This document shows, piece after piece, positions 47,001 to 56,008 of a stretch of DNA of 64,000 nucleotides. The stretch is from positions 4,806-68,805 of the forward strand of contig JANJTJ010000093.1 of the NCBI GenBank assembly GCA_024711145.1, in the 5' to 3' direction. The stretch's first letter is position 1; each line of letters opens with the position of its first letter. Origin of the DNA: Balneolales bacterium. Its GTDB lineage: Bacteria > Bacteroidota > Rhodothermia > Balneolales > HLUCCA01. The translations under genes and the position numbers were made by a program. The notes under the pieces were generated by a model. That model was given only the letters and a program-made list of their open reading frames with translations. It had not been told where the DNA came from and made no database searches.

Positions 47001-47692
47001 GTGGTGCCTTCGAAATCGGGTACGTCCAGCTTGCCTTTGCGGGCACGGTCCACCAGGTCGTCGAATGCGGCCAGGAACTCGCGGAAGTTCATGCGGTCGG
47101 CCGCCTTGATGTTGGGTACCACCAGGTTCCGGTTGCCATCCTTGCCCGGCAGGTCGATGGCGATGCCCAGGTTCACCGCGGCCGGCCGAACCCGGTGCGG
47201 AGCGCCGTCTCGGTGCTCATAGTAGGCGTTCACGGCCGGGAAATCGCGCAGGGAACGGATCACCGCCCAGGAAATGAGATGCGTGAAGGTGACCTTGGAG
47301 GCACCCAGGTCTTCCTGGAATTTGTTGATCAGGAGGCGGTCCTCCCAGAGCATCTTCACCGGAATCACACGCAGGGAGGTGGCCGTGGGAATCTCCAGGC
47401 TGTACTCCATGTTGGTCACGATCTTGGCCGGCGCCCCTTTCAGTTTCACATATTCGGCACCTTCCCGCTGCGGAGCCGGAGCGGCCGGAGCCGGCTCGGG
47501 TGCCGGTGCGGCAACAGCTACCGGCACGGCCACCGGTGCGGCGGCCACCGGCTTCTTGCCATCCATCTCATCGAAATAGGTGCGCCAGTAGGCGGGCACC
47601 GAATCGGGGGCGGTCTGGTATTGCTGGTACAGCTCCTCGACCAAGGCGGAATTGGGGCCGAAGGTTTCTTCGAAAACGTTCACGTGGGACAC
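44084..47692 (-). CDS. sucA: 2-oxoglutarate dehydrogenase E1 component fused to an N-terminal E2-type acyltransferase domain (Kgd/OdhA-like)
   Basis: GTG start (complement of 47690-47692). 1202 aa. Residues about 90-330 carry a 2-oxoacid dehydrogenase acyltransferase catalytic domain (...TFTHLISWAVIRSL..., TISITNPGTLG, MTMTCTYDHRIIQGAESGAFL) with no lipoyl domain. The rest is TPP-dependent E1o (GMAHRGRLNVL, HGDAAFAGQGVV, MLLPHGYEGQGPEHSS). Confidence 0.9.
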   Translation of the reverse strand: MSHVNVFEETFGPNSALVEELYQQYQTAPDSVPAYWRTYFDEMDGKKPVAAAPVAVPVAVAAPAPEPAPAAPAPQREGAEYVKLKGAPAKIVTNMEYSLEIPTATSLRVIPVKMLWEDRLLINKFQEDLGASKVTFTHLISWAVIRSLRDFPAVNAYYEHRDGAPHRVRPAAVNLGIAIDLPGKDGNRNLVVPNIKAADRMNFREFLAAFDDLVDRARKGKLDVPDFEGTTISITNPGTLGTVSSVPRLMRGQGAIIATGSMNYPAEFQAMSQDVLNELGISKVMTMTCTYDHRIIQGAESGAFLARVHEYLTGDRDFYDGIFADLEIPYMPVRRGSDINTGLFNGATGEVNKKAIAVIQLIYTYRAKGHVLADINPLKRDAAYNEELDLANFGLTMWDLDRVFYCGGLGGKEKATLREIIQLLRDTYAWKIGVEYNHINDSDERHWLRERMETTANTPALSKEDRRTILRKLNHASAFEEFLHKKFVGQKRFSLEGADTLIPMLHFMLEDAGKAGVKEMILGMAHRGRLNVLVNTMGKTYSKVFAEFEGNIDPSNFHGSGDVKYHLGTVGQHVTAAGERIRLELLPNPSHLEAVNPVVEGAARARQDILGSSDAREAVLPLLIHGDAAFAGQGVVAETLNMSQLDGYRTGGTIHVIINNQIGFTTLPKDARSTTYATDMAKGIDAPIFHVNGDEPEAAVHAIRLAFEYRQRFGKDAVVDLVCYRKHGHNEGDEPAFTQPGLYKEIQSHPTVREIYARELVLKKELAQADVDSVVSEFDAILEEAFAQAKAAPAFEVKEQYIDRPDTPQAKRAAAPDTRVAFDRLTDLAVRINTIPTGFDANPKLLRILAKRAEIVANDEPKIEWGFAEALAFGSILTDGRDVRLSGQDVERGTFSHRHSVLHGTESLERHIPLNHLSADQGRYRVSNSSLSEYAVLGFEFGYSTTRLDALTIWEAQFGDFGNGAQIIIDQFISSAEAKWGQQSSVVMLLPHGYEGQGPEHSSARLERYLQLCAEDNMVVVNVTTPAQYFHLLRRQVLQDRKKPLIVMSPKSLLRHPMAVSRTSDLANGGFSPFLADTEADASKVTRVVFCSGKVYYDLLKHKQEHHVEHVALARVEQLYPFPDADLKAELRKYPNATDVVWCQEEPKNMGAWHYIASRVFNELTDTQKLRYVGRAAAASPATGSGKVHAVEQDRLVAQALA

Positions 47693-47821
47693 GGTACTGG
47701 GGTAAATGTCGATGGTGGGCGCAACCGGCTAAAAACAGCCTGAAAATAGCGATTTTCCGAGCCCGTTGCCTCCTCTGCGTATATTCGGCCAACCTCAGGG
47801 ACCGCCCTCTCCGACTCATCC

Positions 47822-49603
47822 ATGACCGACTCCGCCAGCCAATCCGCCGCCCTTGTCCGCTGGGACCTTTCCGACCTCTATGCCTCGCCCGACGACCCCC
47901 GCATAGCCGCCGACATGGCATCGGTACGGGTGGCGGCCGCGGCGTTCCAAGCCGCGTACAAAGGCCGGGTGGCATCGCTTTCCGCCGCCGAGGTAGCCCG
48001 TGCCCTGGCCGATTTCGAAACCCTTCAGGAAATCCTGGGCCGTCTGGGCAGTTACGCCTACCTCGACTGGAGCACGGCCACCGAAGATCCCAAACGGGGC
48101 AAACTCCTCCAGCAGATCACCGAATTCGGTTCCGAAGCGGGCACCTACCTCGTGTTCTGGGATGTGGAATACATGGCCGTACCCGACGCCACGGTACAGG
48201 CCTGGTTGGCCGCTCCCGAAACCGCCCGCTACCGCTACCATCTCGAATCGAGCCGGAGGTATCAGCCGCACATCCTCAGCGAAGCCGAAGAGCATGTGCT
48301 GATGAAGAAATCGGTGACCGGGGCCCAGGCCTGGGTACGCTATTTCGATGAGACCCTGGGTGCCGCCCGTTTCGAGTACGAGGGCAACCGGCTGCCAGAG
48401 CAGGATGTGCTGCACAAACTGCACGACCCCGACCGGGAGGTGCGGCGCAAGGCGCATGCCTCGTTGACGGAAGGGCTGGGCGGGTTGTCGCGCTCGCTCA
48501 CCTACATCTTCAACACCCTGCTGGCCGACAAAGCCACCAACGACGAGCTCCGCAATTACGGCAGCTGGATCAGCAGCCGGAACCTGAGCAATCAGATCTC
48601 GGATGCCGCCGTGGAGGCGTTGGTCGCCGCCGTACAGCGTCATTATCCCACCGTGCAGCGGTACTACCGCCTCAAACAGCGGCTGCTCGGGCTCGATACC
48701 CTGTACGATTACGACCGCTACGCACCTGTGGCCGCCGCCGAGACCTCGGTGCACTGGGACGACGCCCGCCGCCTGGTGACCGAGTCCTACACGGCCTTCC
48801 ATCCGGAAATGGGCCGCATCACCGGGCTGTTCTTCGATAACCGATGGATCGACGCGGCCGTGGTGCCGGGCAAACGGGGAGGCGCCTATGCGGCAAGCAC
48901 CGTGCCCGGAGTGCATCCCTATGTCTTCATGAACTACCAGGGGCGCCTGCGCGACGTGCAGACCCTGGCGCATGAGCTGGGGCACGGCGTACACCAGTAC
49001 CTGGCGCGGGAGCAGGGCGTGTTGCAGGCCGATACACCCCTCACCACCGCCGAAACGGCGTCCGTCTTCGGCGAAATGCTGGTCTTCCGCCGCCTGCTCG
49101 ACGGCCTGACCGATCCCAAGGAGCGGTTGGCCCTGCTCATGGGCAAGATCGACGACACCATCGCCACCGTCTTCCGCCAGATCTCCATGAACCGCTTCGA
49201 AGCCGCCATCCACACCGCCCGCCGCGAAGAAGGGGAGTTGGAAGCCGACCGGTTCGGCGAGCTTTGGATAGCCACCCAGCGCGAACTCTACGGCGACAGC
49301 GTGACCCTCACCGACGGGTACGCCCGCTGGTGGAGCTACATCCCGCATTTCCTGCATACGCCCGGGTACGTGTATGCCTATGCGTTCGGGGAGCTCTTGG
49401 TGCTGGCCTTGTACGAGCAGTACCGGCGGCAGCCCGACGGCTTCGCCGACCACTACCTCGACTTGCTCCGGGCCGGCGGCAGCGACCTGCCCGAGCGGAT
49501 CGTGGCCAAAGCCGGTGTGGACATCACCCGCCCCGATTTCTGGGAGACCGGTCTGAAACTGTTCGAAGCCATGGTGGACGAAGCGGAGGAATTGGCCCGA
49601 TGA
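47822..49603 (+). CDS. pepF: Oligoendopeptidase F family (M3B) metallopeptidase
   Basis: 593 aa. Zinc site LAHELGHGVHQYL and downstream TAETASVFGE. Confidence 0.9.
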   Translation: MTDSASQSAALVRWDLSDLYASPDDPRIAADMASVRVAAAAFQAAYKGRVASLSAAEVARALADFETLQEILGRLGSYAYLDWSTATEDPKRGKLLQQITEFGSEAGTYLVFWDVEYMAVPDATVQAWLAAPETARYRYHLESSRRYQPHILSEAEEHVLMKKSVTGAQAWVRYFDETLGAARFEYEGNRLPEQDVLHKLHDPDREVRRKAHASLTEGLGGLSRSLTYIFNTLLADKATNDELRNYGSWISSRNLSNQISDAAVEALVAAVQRHYPTVQRYYRLKQRLLGLDTLYDYDRYAPVAAAETSVHWDDARRLVTESYTAFHPEMGRITGLFFDNRWIDAAVVPGKRGGAYAASTVPGVHPYVFMNYQGRLRDVQTLAHELGHGVHQYLAREQGVLQADTPLTTAETASVFGEMLVFRRLLDGLTDPKERLALLMGKIDDTIATVFRQISMNRFEAAIHTARREEGELEADRFGELWIATQRELYGDSVTLTDGYARWWSYIPHFLHTPGYVYAYAFGELLVLALYEQYRRQPDGFADHYLDLLRAGGSDLPERIVAKAGVDITRPDFWETGLKLFEAMVDEAEELAR

Positions 49604-50970
49604 ACGGAACCGGATCGTCCATGCGGCATTTCAAGGAGCTGGTGCGCGGCATGGTGTACCTGCTCGCACGGGCCACCGGGGTGGAGACCGTATCCCTGCA
49701 TTGGGTGAACCGGTCGCGAGGGCAGTTCGTGCTCGAAACCGGCCATTCCGATGTGCCCGGGGTGCAGTTTCCCGACCGCATACCCATGTCCCAATCCTTC
49801 CTGAAAGAGGCGGCCGACCTCGCGGAACCCGTGGAATGGACCATCGGCACCGATCTGCCGGTAGGGGCCCTCAGCCATTACCTCACCGATCCGCCGGTAT
49901 CCCATATCACCCTGCTGCCTTTCGTGTACAACGGAGAAACGGTGTCCGTCACGGTGCTGGAAAGTTCCGAAGCCGACCTGCTCGGCCGCATGCCCGATGT
50001 GATCCAGGAGTATCTGGAAGCCATGCGCCATCTGTTGGTCACCTTCCTGGAACTCAGCGAAGCCGACCAGGACGACAGCCAGTGGGAGGAGTACGAGCGC
50101 CTGTTGCGCCAACCGCCGGTAAAAGGCGAAGACACCGAGCATCTGAAACGCCTGGGCGACCAGCTCATCGGGTTGGTGCCGAACGGCAGCGTATCCCTTT
50201 TCGTGCGGGGGCAGGAGCGGTGGCAATGCCTGTGGAGCCATCCCAGGTCCATGCACCCCATCGAACCCGGAACGCCCGTGGAAGCCAACAGTCTGCTTAC
50301 CCGCGTGCTGCATTCCGGGCAACCGGAGTGCGGGGTGGGCGGCGATGTGACCCTGGCCGTACCCGTGTTGCTATACGACCGCCGGTTGGCCGTTTGGCGC
50401 ATATCCAGCCCCAACATGCTGTTCTTCAAAGAAGCCAACCAGCACAAACTGGTGAACCTGGTGCGGGTGGCTTCCTTGCGCATGACCCAGGCCGTAAGCC
50501 GCACCGGAACCGAAGGGGATTGGCTGGCCGGCGATACCGGCGCTTTCCGCGCCGATGTGTTCGATGCCGCCCTGCGCCTGGCGGTGGCCCGTTCGGCCGT
50601 ATCGGTCGGCTACATCTCCCTGCGCGACCTGCACAGCCTGCGCGCCCGGCACCGCATGGACACCCTCCGGCAGATCCAATGGCTCACCGTGAACCGGTTG
50701 GCTCCCGTCGTGCTCGGGTTGCCCGGCCTCATCGGTCAGCACGCCGATTTCCTGTACACCATTCTGCTGCCGGCCGGCACCACGGCCGCCACCTGGACCG
50801 CCGCCGCCGAAAAAGCCCTGGCCGAACCGCTCCGCCTGGCCGACGGGTCGCGGGAAGCCGTACGCCTGATCACGGCCTGGACCGAAAGCGACGACCGGAA
50901 CGCCGATCCCTACGACCTGAAACGCGAGGCCAGGCGCCGCCTCGACCAACTGATGAGGAGCACATCATGA
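49600..50970 (+). CDS. Hypothetical regulatory-type protein: GAF-like N-terminal region plus degenerate GGDEF-like C-terminal domain (putative)
   Basis: Start MNGTGSSMRHFKEL at 49600 (ATGA overlap with the pepF stop). The C-terminal ...VGYISLRDLHSLRARHRMDTLRQIQWLTVNRL...LIGQHADFLYTILLPAG...AEKALAEPLRL... aligns by eye to the GGDEF fold, with GQHADF in place of GGDEF. The 3' end overlaps deoB (ATGA at 50967-50970). Confidence 0.5.
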   Translation: MNGTGSSMRHFKELVRGMVYLLARATGVETVSLHWVNRSRGQFVLETGHSDVPGVQFPDRIPMSQSFLKEAADLAEPVEWTIGTDLPVGALSHYLTDPPVSHITLLPFVYNGETVSVTVLESSEADLLGRMPDVIQEYLEAMRHLLVTFLELSEADQDDSQWEEYERLLRQPPVKGEDTEHLKRLGDQLIGLVPNGSVSLFVRGQERWQCLWSHPRSMHPIEPGTPVEANSLLTRVLHSGQPECGVGGDVTLAVPVLLYDRRLAVWRISSPNMLFFKEANQHKLVNLVRVASLRMTQAVSRTGTEGDWLAGDTGAFRADVFDAALRLAVARSAVSVGYISLRDLHSLRARHRMDTLRQIQWLTVNRLAPVVLGLPGLIGQHADFLYTILLPAGTTAATWTAAAEKALAEPLRLADGSREAVRLITAWTESDDRNADPYDLKREARRRLDQLMRSTS

Positions 50971-52139
50971 AACGCCGCGTATTCCTGGTGGTTGTGGACG
51001 GGCTCGGGTGCGGCTCCCAGGAGGATTCGCACCGGTACGGAGACGACGGGTGCAACACCATGGGGCACGTGGTCAATCGGGTGGGTATCCGGTTGCCCAA
51101 CTGGCGCCGTTGGGGCATGGGCAACATCATTCCGTTGGATCCGGTGCCACCGGTGGCCGACCCGGCGGCCGCGTTCGGGAAAATGCGGGAAGCCTCGGCC
51201 GGCAAGGATTCCACCACAGGCCATTGGGAACTGGCCGGCATCACCTTGGACACGCCGTTTCCCACCTATCCGAACGGGTTTCCCGAGTCGGTTCTGACGG
51301 CATTCCGGGGCATCACCGGGCGGGCGGGCGAACTGGCCAACGCGGCCTGGAGCGGTACCGCCGTCATCGACACCTTCGGCGACGAGCACCTGCGCACCGG
51401 GTTCCCCATCGTGTACACCAGTGCCGACAGCGTATTCCAGGTGGCGGCCCATACGGACCTGGTGCCGGTGGAGACCCTGCATGCCTGGTGCGAAGCCGCC
51501 CGCCGATCGGTACTGGTGGGTGAACATGCCGTGGGGCGGGTCATCGCGCGTCCGTTCACGGGAGTTTCGGGCGCTTACACCCGCCTCAACGACCACCGCA
51601 AGGATTTCAGCCTATTGCCTCCCGAACCCCATTTGCCGGGGTATTTGAAAGCGTTGGGCATACCCACTTTGAGCATCGGGAAAGTGATCGACCTGTTCGG
51701 CGGTGTGGGCTTCACCCATTACCGGAAAACCCGCAACAACGCCGAGGGCATCGCCCAGTGGCTGAACGCCCTGTCGGGTTTCGAGCACGGCTTCGTGTTC
51801 ATCAACCTCATCGACACCGACCAATTGTTCGGACACAGGAACGACCCCGACGGGTATGCGGGTTCTTTGGAAGAGTTCGACCGCGCCCTTCCGGCGATCG
51901 AAGCCAAACTGAACGAAGGGGACATCGTGATTCTGACCGGCGACCACGGCAACGACCCGACCACACCCGGTAGCGACCACACGCGCGAGTTCGTGCCCTT
52001 GTGGGTATGGCCCGCCAAGGCCGCCACGGCCACGGAACTGGGTATCCGCACCAGCTTCCGCGATGTGGCCGCCAGCGTGTGCGCGGCCTTCGGCGTTCCG
52101 GTTCCGTTTCGCGGAACATCCTTTCTTAGTGGTGATTGA
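50967..52139 (+). CDS. deoB: Phosphopentomutase
   Basis: Start MKRRVFLVVVDGLGCG at 50967. ...GKDSTTGHWELAG..., ILTGDHGNDPT...HTREFVPL. Confidence 0.9.
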   Translation: MKRRVFLVVVDGLGCGSQEDSHRYGDDGCNTMGHVVNRVGIRLPNWRRWGMGNIIPLDPVPPVADPAAAFGKMREASAGKDSTTGHWELAGITLDTPFPTYPNGFPESVLTAFRGITGRAGELANAAWSGTAVIDTFGDEHLRTGFPIVYTSADSVFQVAAHTDLVPVETLHAWCEAARRSVLVGEHAVGRVIARPFTGVSGAYTRLNDHRKDFSLLPPEPHLPGYLKALGIPTLSIGKVIDLFGGVGFTHYRKTRNNAEGIAQWLNALSGFEHGFVFINLIDTDQLFGHRNDPDGYAGSLEEFDRALPAIEAKLNEGDIVILTGDHGNDPTTPGSDHTREFVPLWVWPAKAATATELGIRTSFRDVAASVCAAFGVPVPFRGTSFLSGD

Positions 52140-52196
52140 ACGGGAAAATCCGTATTTTTTGCGGTTCCGAACGCAGTATCCATTCAGCTCCGAATC

Positions 52197-53078
52197 GTGG
52201 CCAAAAAGAAAAAAGAAGCGAAATCACAAGCTCCCAGTGGCATCTCCACCCGGGAGTCCCAATCCCTCGACCGCTATCTCCACGAGATCGGGAAAGTCTC
52301 CCTCATCACGCCGGATGAAGAAGTGCGCCTGGCCAAGGAAATCCAGGCCGGCAACCAGGATGCCCTGGAGAAGCTGACCAAGGCGAACCTGAGGTTTGTG
52401 GTTTCGGTGGCCAAACAATATCAGAACCAGGGGCTCACCCTGGGCGACCTGATCAACGAGGGCAACCTGGGGTTGATCAAGGCGGCCAAGCGGTTCGATG
52501 AGACCCGTGGGTTCAAGTTCATCTCGTACGCCGTGTGGTGGATCCGTCAGTCCATTCTGCAGGCGTTGGCCGAACAGAGCCGGATCGTGCGTCTTCCCTT
52601 GAATCGGGTCGGTGCTCTGAACAAGATCGGCAAGGAGCTGTCCAAGCTCGAGCAGGAGTACGAGCGCATGCCTTCGGCCGCCGAATTGGCCGAAAGCCTG
52701 GAGATGTCGATTTCCGAAGTGGCCGATACCCTGCGCATATCGGGCAGGCACCTGTCGGTGGATGCCCCCTTCGCCCAAGGCGAAGACAACCGCCTGCTGG
52801 ACGTGCTCGAAAACGACGAAACCCCCAACCCCGACGAAGGGTTGATGGGCGAATCGCTGAAGGTGGAGATCGAGCGGGCCTTGGCCAAATTGACCAAGCG
52901 GGAAGCGGAAGTGATCCGGCTGTACTTCGGTATCGGCCGCGAACATTCGCTCACCCTCGAGGAAATCGGCGAACGCTTCGACCTGACCCGTGAGCGGGTG
53001 CGCCAGATCAAGGAAAAAGCCCTGCGCAAACTGCGCCATCACAACCGGAGCCTGGCTCTGCGCGCCTACCTGGGCTGA
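52197..53078 (+). CDS. rpoD: Primary (housekeeping) RNA polymerase sigma factor, short Bacteroidetes SigA/RpoD type
   Basis: GTG start at 52197. 293 aa. [56 protein letters not shown] (regions 2.1-2.4), and region 4 [28 protein letters not shown]. Confidence 0.9.
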   Translation: MAKKKKEAKSQAPSGISTRESQSLDRYLHEIGKVSLITPDEEVRLAKEIQAGNQDALEKLTKANLRFVVSVAKQYQNQGLTLGDLINEGNLGLIKAAKRFDETRGFKFISYAVWWIRQSILQALAEQSRIVRLPLNRVGALNKIGKELSKLEQEYERMPSAAELAESLEMSISEVADTLRISGRHLSVDAPFAQGEDNRLLDVLENDETPNPDEGLMGESLKVEIERALAKLTKREAEVIRLYFGIGREHSLTLEEIGERFDLTRERVRQIKEKALRKLRHHNRSLALRAYLG

Positions 53079-56008
53079 TGCCCGGGCGCCGGGCGGCGTC
53101 CCTATCTTGGGACATGCCGCTCCGATTGTTTTGGTTGATGGTTCTATTGGGCTTGACGGCCGTTCGGGTCGACGCCCAACGCCTGCCCATCCGGGATTAT
53201 TCCATCCAGGACGGATTGTCCCAGTCGGTGGTAACGGCCATTTTCCAAACGGCCGACGGCTACCTCTGGGTCGGCACCGAAGTGGGGCTCAACAGCTTCA
53301 ACGGCAAGGAATTCCGGGTCTATACCCGCAACGAGGGCCTGGGCTCGGCCGACATTTCGGCCTTGCTGCAATTGGCCGATGGAACCCTGTTGGTGGGTAG
53401 CAATGCCGGAATCGACCAATTGAACCGCCAGGGTCGGTTCGAGGTGCATCGTCCCACCTTCGGCCGGTTCAAGTCCAGGGTAACCGACCTGCTCGAAACC
53501 TCCGATGGCGCGCTCTGGGTAGCCACCGAATTCGAAGGCGTGTTCCGTTTCCACAACGACAGTTTCATCCAGTACACCAGCCGCGACGGGTTGGCGCACA
53601 ACACGGTGCATCAACTCGTGGAAGCGCCCGACGGTGCCGTATGGGCAGCCACGGAGGGAGGAGCCACCGCCATGCGGGGCGGGCGGTTCGACGGGCTCAC
53701 CACCGCCGACGGGTTGCCTCACGACCGCGTGCGCGACATCCGGTTCCGGCAAGACGGTTCCCAGTGGTTCGCCACCTATGGCGGCCTGTTCATCCGCGAA
53801 GAGGGCGTGGACCGGGTTGTCCGCATGGCCGACGGATTGGCCGCCGACCGCACCACCGCCTTGGTGGAAGACGGCTTCGGCGGCATGTGGGTGGCTACCG
53901 AGGGCGGCCTGAGCTACTACGACGGTACCCATTTCCACTCCTATACCGAAGACCAGGGCCTGGGCAACCGCATGGTGACCACCGCCCTGCGCGACACCGA
54001 AGGCAATCTCTGGTTCGGAACCTATGGTGGCGGGCTGAACCTGCTGCCCGGCTACACCTTCATCCACTATACCGTGGAGGAGGGGCTGCGCAGCAACATG
54101 ATCACGTCCGTCGCCCGCCACGACGAATCCATCTGGGTTGGCACCTACGGCGGCGGGCTCACCCGCATCCGGGACCACGACATCGAAGCCGTGGGTGTTC
54201 CCCAGGGATTGAAGGATCCCCGGGTGTACACGCTCATGACCGACCGCAACGGCCGCCTGTGGATCGGCACCCGCAGCGGCGTACACCTCATGGTGGACAG
54301 CCGCATCCAGCCGGGGAGTCCGGTGGATCGGCTGCCGGATCCCGTCGTGCGCACCATCCTGGAAGACCGCATCGGCGATATCTGGATCGGCACCTATGGC
54401 GGGGGCATAGGTCGGTACCGGAACGGACGGCTGGTACAGGTGTACGATACCACCAACGGCCTGACGAACAACACCGTGATGCGCCTGACCCAATCGGAAG
54501 ACGGTTCCATCTGGGCGGCCACCTACGGCGGCGTGTCGCGCATCGGGCCATCCGGCATCGAAACCTACACCATGGACCAAGGCCTGGTGCAGAACTCGGC
54601 CATCACCATCTTCGAGGACAGCCGCGGGTGGATCTGGATCGGGACCTTCGCCGGCATAACCGTCATTCGGGGGGAGGAGGTCGTCACCATGGATGCCGAA
54701 TCCGGCTTCCCCAATCCGGTCTGCTATTTCCTCACCGAAGACCAGTACGGATACGTGTGGGCCGGTACCAACCGGGGCCTGGTGCGCATCGATCCCTACA
54801 TCACCGAAGACCTGCGTGATCCCCGGCGGATCAAGGACCAACTCCGGTTCAAGCTGTACACCACCGAATCGGGTTTGCCGGCCGACGAGATGAATGCGAA
54901 TGCCGTGTTCCGCGCGCCCGACGGCAGCCTTTGGATGGGCACTGTGGCCGGTGTGGCCCATTTCAGACCCTGGTTGGACCAAGCCGTGGAGCGGGGGCCG
55001 CCCATCCATATCGAACACATCTACGTGTTCGACGGGGAGCGCCCGGTGCGTTCGGGCATCAGTTTCAGCCACGACCAGAACTTCATCGCATTCCGGTTCA
55101 CCGGCATCCAGTTCGGGCATTCCTCCCAAGTCGAGTACGAATACCGCATCCGCGATGTGGACCAGGCCTGGCAGCGCACGCGCACGGGCGAGGCCCGGTA
55201 CACCACCCTGCCCGATGGAGACTACGTGTTCGAGGTGCGGGCCCGCAACAACGACGGGTTCTGGAGCCAGCGGGCGGCCACCTTGCGGTTCACCATACGT
55301 CCCCCGTTCTGGAAAGCCTGGTGGTTCCTGCTGCTGGCCACCGGAGCCCTGTTCGCCATGGGCGCCTTCGCATACAACTATTGGACCATCCGCAAACAGG
55401 TGGATCTGGAACGCATCCGCATCAAGATCGCCAGCGACCTGCACGACGACGTAGGAGCTTCTCTCACCGAAATCGCCCTCCGGGCCGATTTCGTGACCGC
55501 ATTGAAGGAACCCGACCAGGTACGCGACAGCGTGCGGCAGATCGGCCAGATGAGCCGGCAGATCGTGACCACCATGGACGACATCGTATGGTCCATCGAT
55601 GCCCGGAACGACACCATGGGCGACCTGTTGGACCGCATGCAGGATTATGCGGCCAATGTGCTCGGGCACCAGGGCATCGAACCGCATTTCCATTTCGAAG
55701 GGTTGGACACCGCCCGTTCCCTGCCCCTGGAAACCCGCCAGAACCTGTATCTCATCCTCAAGGAAGCGGTGAACAACGCGGCCAAACACTCGCGTGCCCG
55801 GAACATGCATATCAGCTTGGTCAACAAGGACCGCCGATTCACCATGAGCATCCGCGACGACGGTCGCGGCTTTCCCGAATCGACCCGTGCCGGCAGCCAC
55901 GGGCTGCGCAACATGCGCATGCGCGCCGAGCGCATAGGCGCCACCCTCACTTTCGAGAGCTCCGACCAGGGCCTCGCCATCATCGTAACCAGTCCCGCCC
56001 TCACATGA
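53078..56008 (+). CDS. Sensor histidine kinase with periplasmic beta-propeller (Reg_prop) repeats and Y_Y_Y domain, HisKA_3 type (paralogue of 7022-9859)
   Basis: ATG 53078 shares one nt with the rpoD stop. The alternative ATG at 53114 gives the signal peptide MPLRLFWLMVLLGLTAVRVDAQ. Many ...LW(V/I)GT..G.. propeller units, YEYRIRDVDQAW...YVFEVRA (Y_Y_Y), a TM helix WWFLLLATGALFAMGAF, H-box KIASDLHDDVGASL, and ATPase DDGRGF...GLRNMRMRAERIG. Confidence 0.85.
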   Translation: MPGRRAASLSWDMPLRLFWLMVLLGLTAVRVDAQRLPIRDYSIQDGLSQSVVTAIFQTADGYLWVGTEVGLNSFNGKEFRVYTRNEGLGSADISALLQLADGTLLVGSNAGIDQLNRQGRFEVHRPTFGRFKSRVTDLLETSDGALWVATEFEGVFRFHNDSFIQYTSRDGLAHNTVHQLVEAPDGAVWAATEGGATAMRGGRFDGLTTADGLPHDRVRDIRFRQDGSQWFATYGGLFIREEGVDRVVRMADGLAADRTTALVEDGFGGMWVATEGGLSYYDGTHFHSYTEDQGLGNRMVTTALRDTEGNLWFGTYGGGLNLLPGYTFIHYTVEEGLRSNMITSVARHDESIWVGTYGGGLTRIRDHDIEAVGVPQGLKDPRVYTLMTDRNGRLWIGTRSGVHLMVDSRIQPGSPVDRLPDPVVRTILEDRIGDIWIGTYGGGIGRYRNGRLVQVYDTTNGLTNNTVMRLTQSEDGSIWAATYGGVSRIGPSGIETYTMDQGLVQNSAITIFEDSRGWIWIGTFAGITVIRGEEVVTMDAESGFPNPVCYFLTEDQYGYVWAGTNRGLVRIDPYITEDLRDPRRIKDQLRFKLYTTESGLPADEMNANAVFRAPDGSLWMGTVAGVAHFRPWLDQAVERGPPIHIEHIYVFDGERPVRSGISFSHDQNFIAFRFTGIQFGHSSQVEYEYRIRDVDQAWQRTRTGEARYTTLPDGDYVFEVRARNNDGFWSQRAATLRFTIRPPFWKAWWFLLLATGALFAMGAFAYNYWTIRKQVDLERIRIKIASDLHDDVGASLTEIALRADFVTALKEPDQVRDSVRQIGQMSRQIVTTMDDIVWSIDARNDTMGDLLDRMQDYAANVLGHQGIEPHFHFEGLDTARSLPLETRQNLYLILKEAVNNAAKHSRARNMHISLVNKDRRFTMSIRDDGRGFPESTRAGSHGLRNMRMRAERIGATLTFESSDQGLAIIVTSPALT

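Noticed and set aside
52150-52162. Bacteroidetes -7 promoter motif upstream of sigA (GTATTTTTTGC)
   Set aside because: It has one T too many to match TAnnTTTG exactly. I did not call it without transcription start data.
53144-55900. 918-aa minus-strand ORF opposite the second sensor kinase
   Set aside because: It is the antisense artefact of a kinase gene with propeller repeats, an H-box and ATPase motifs.
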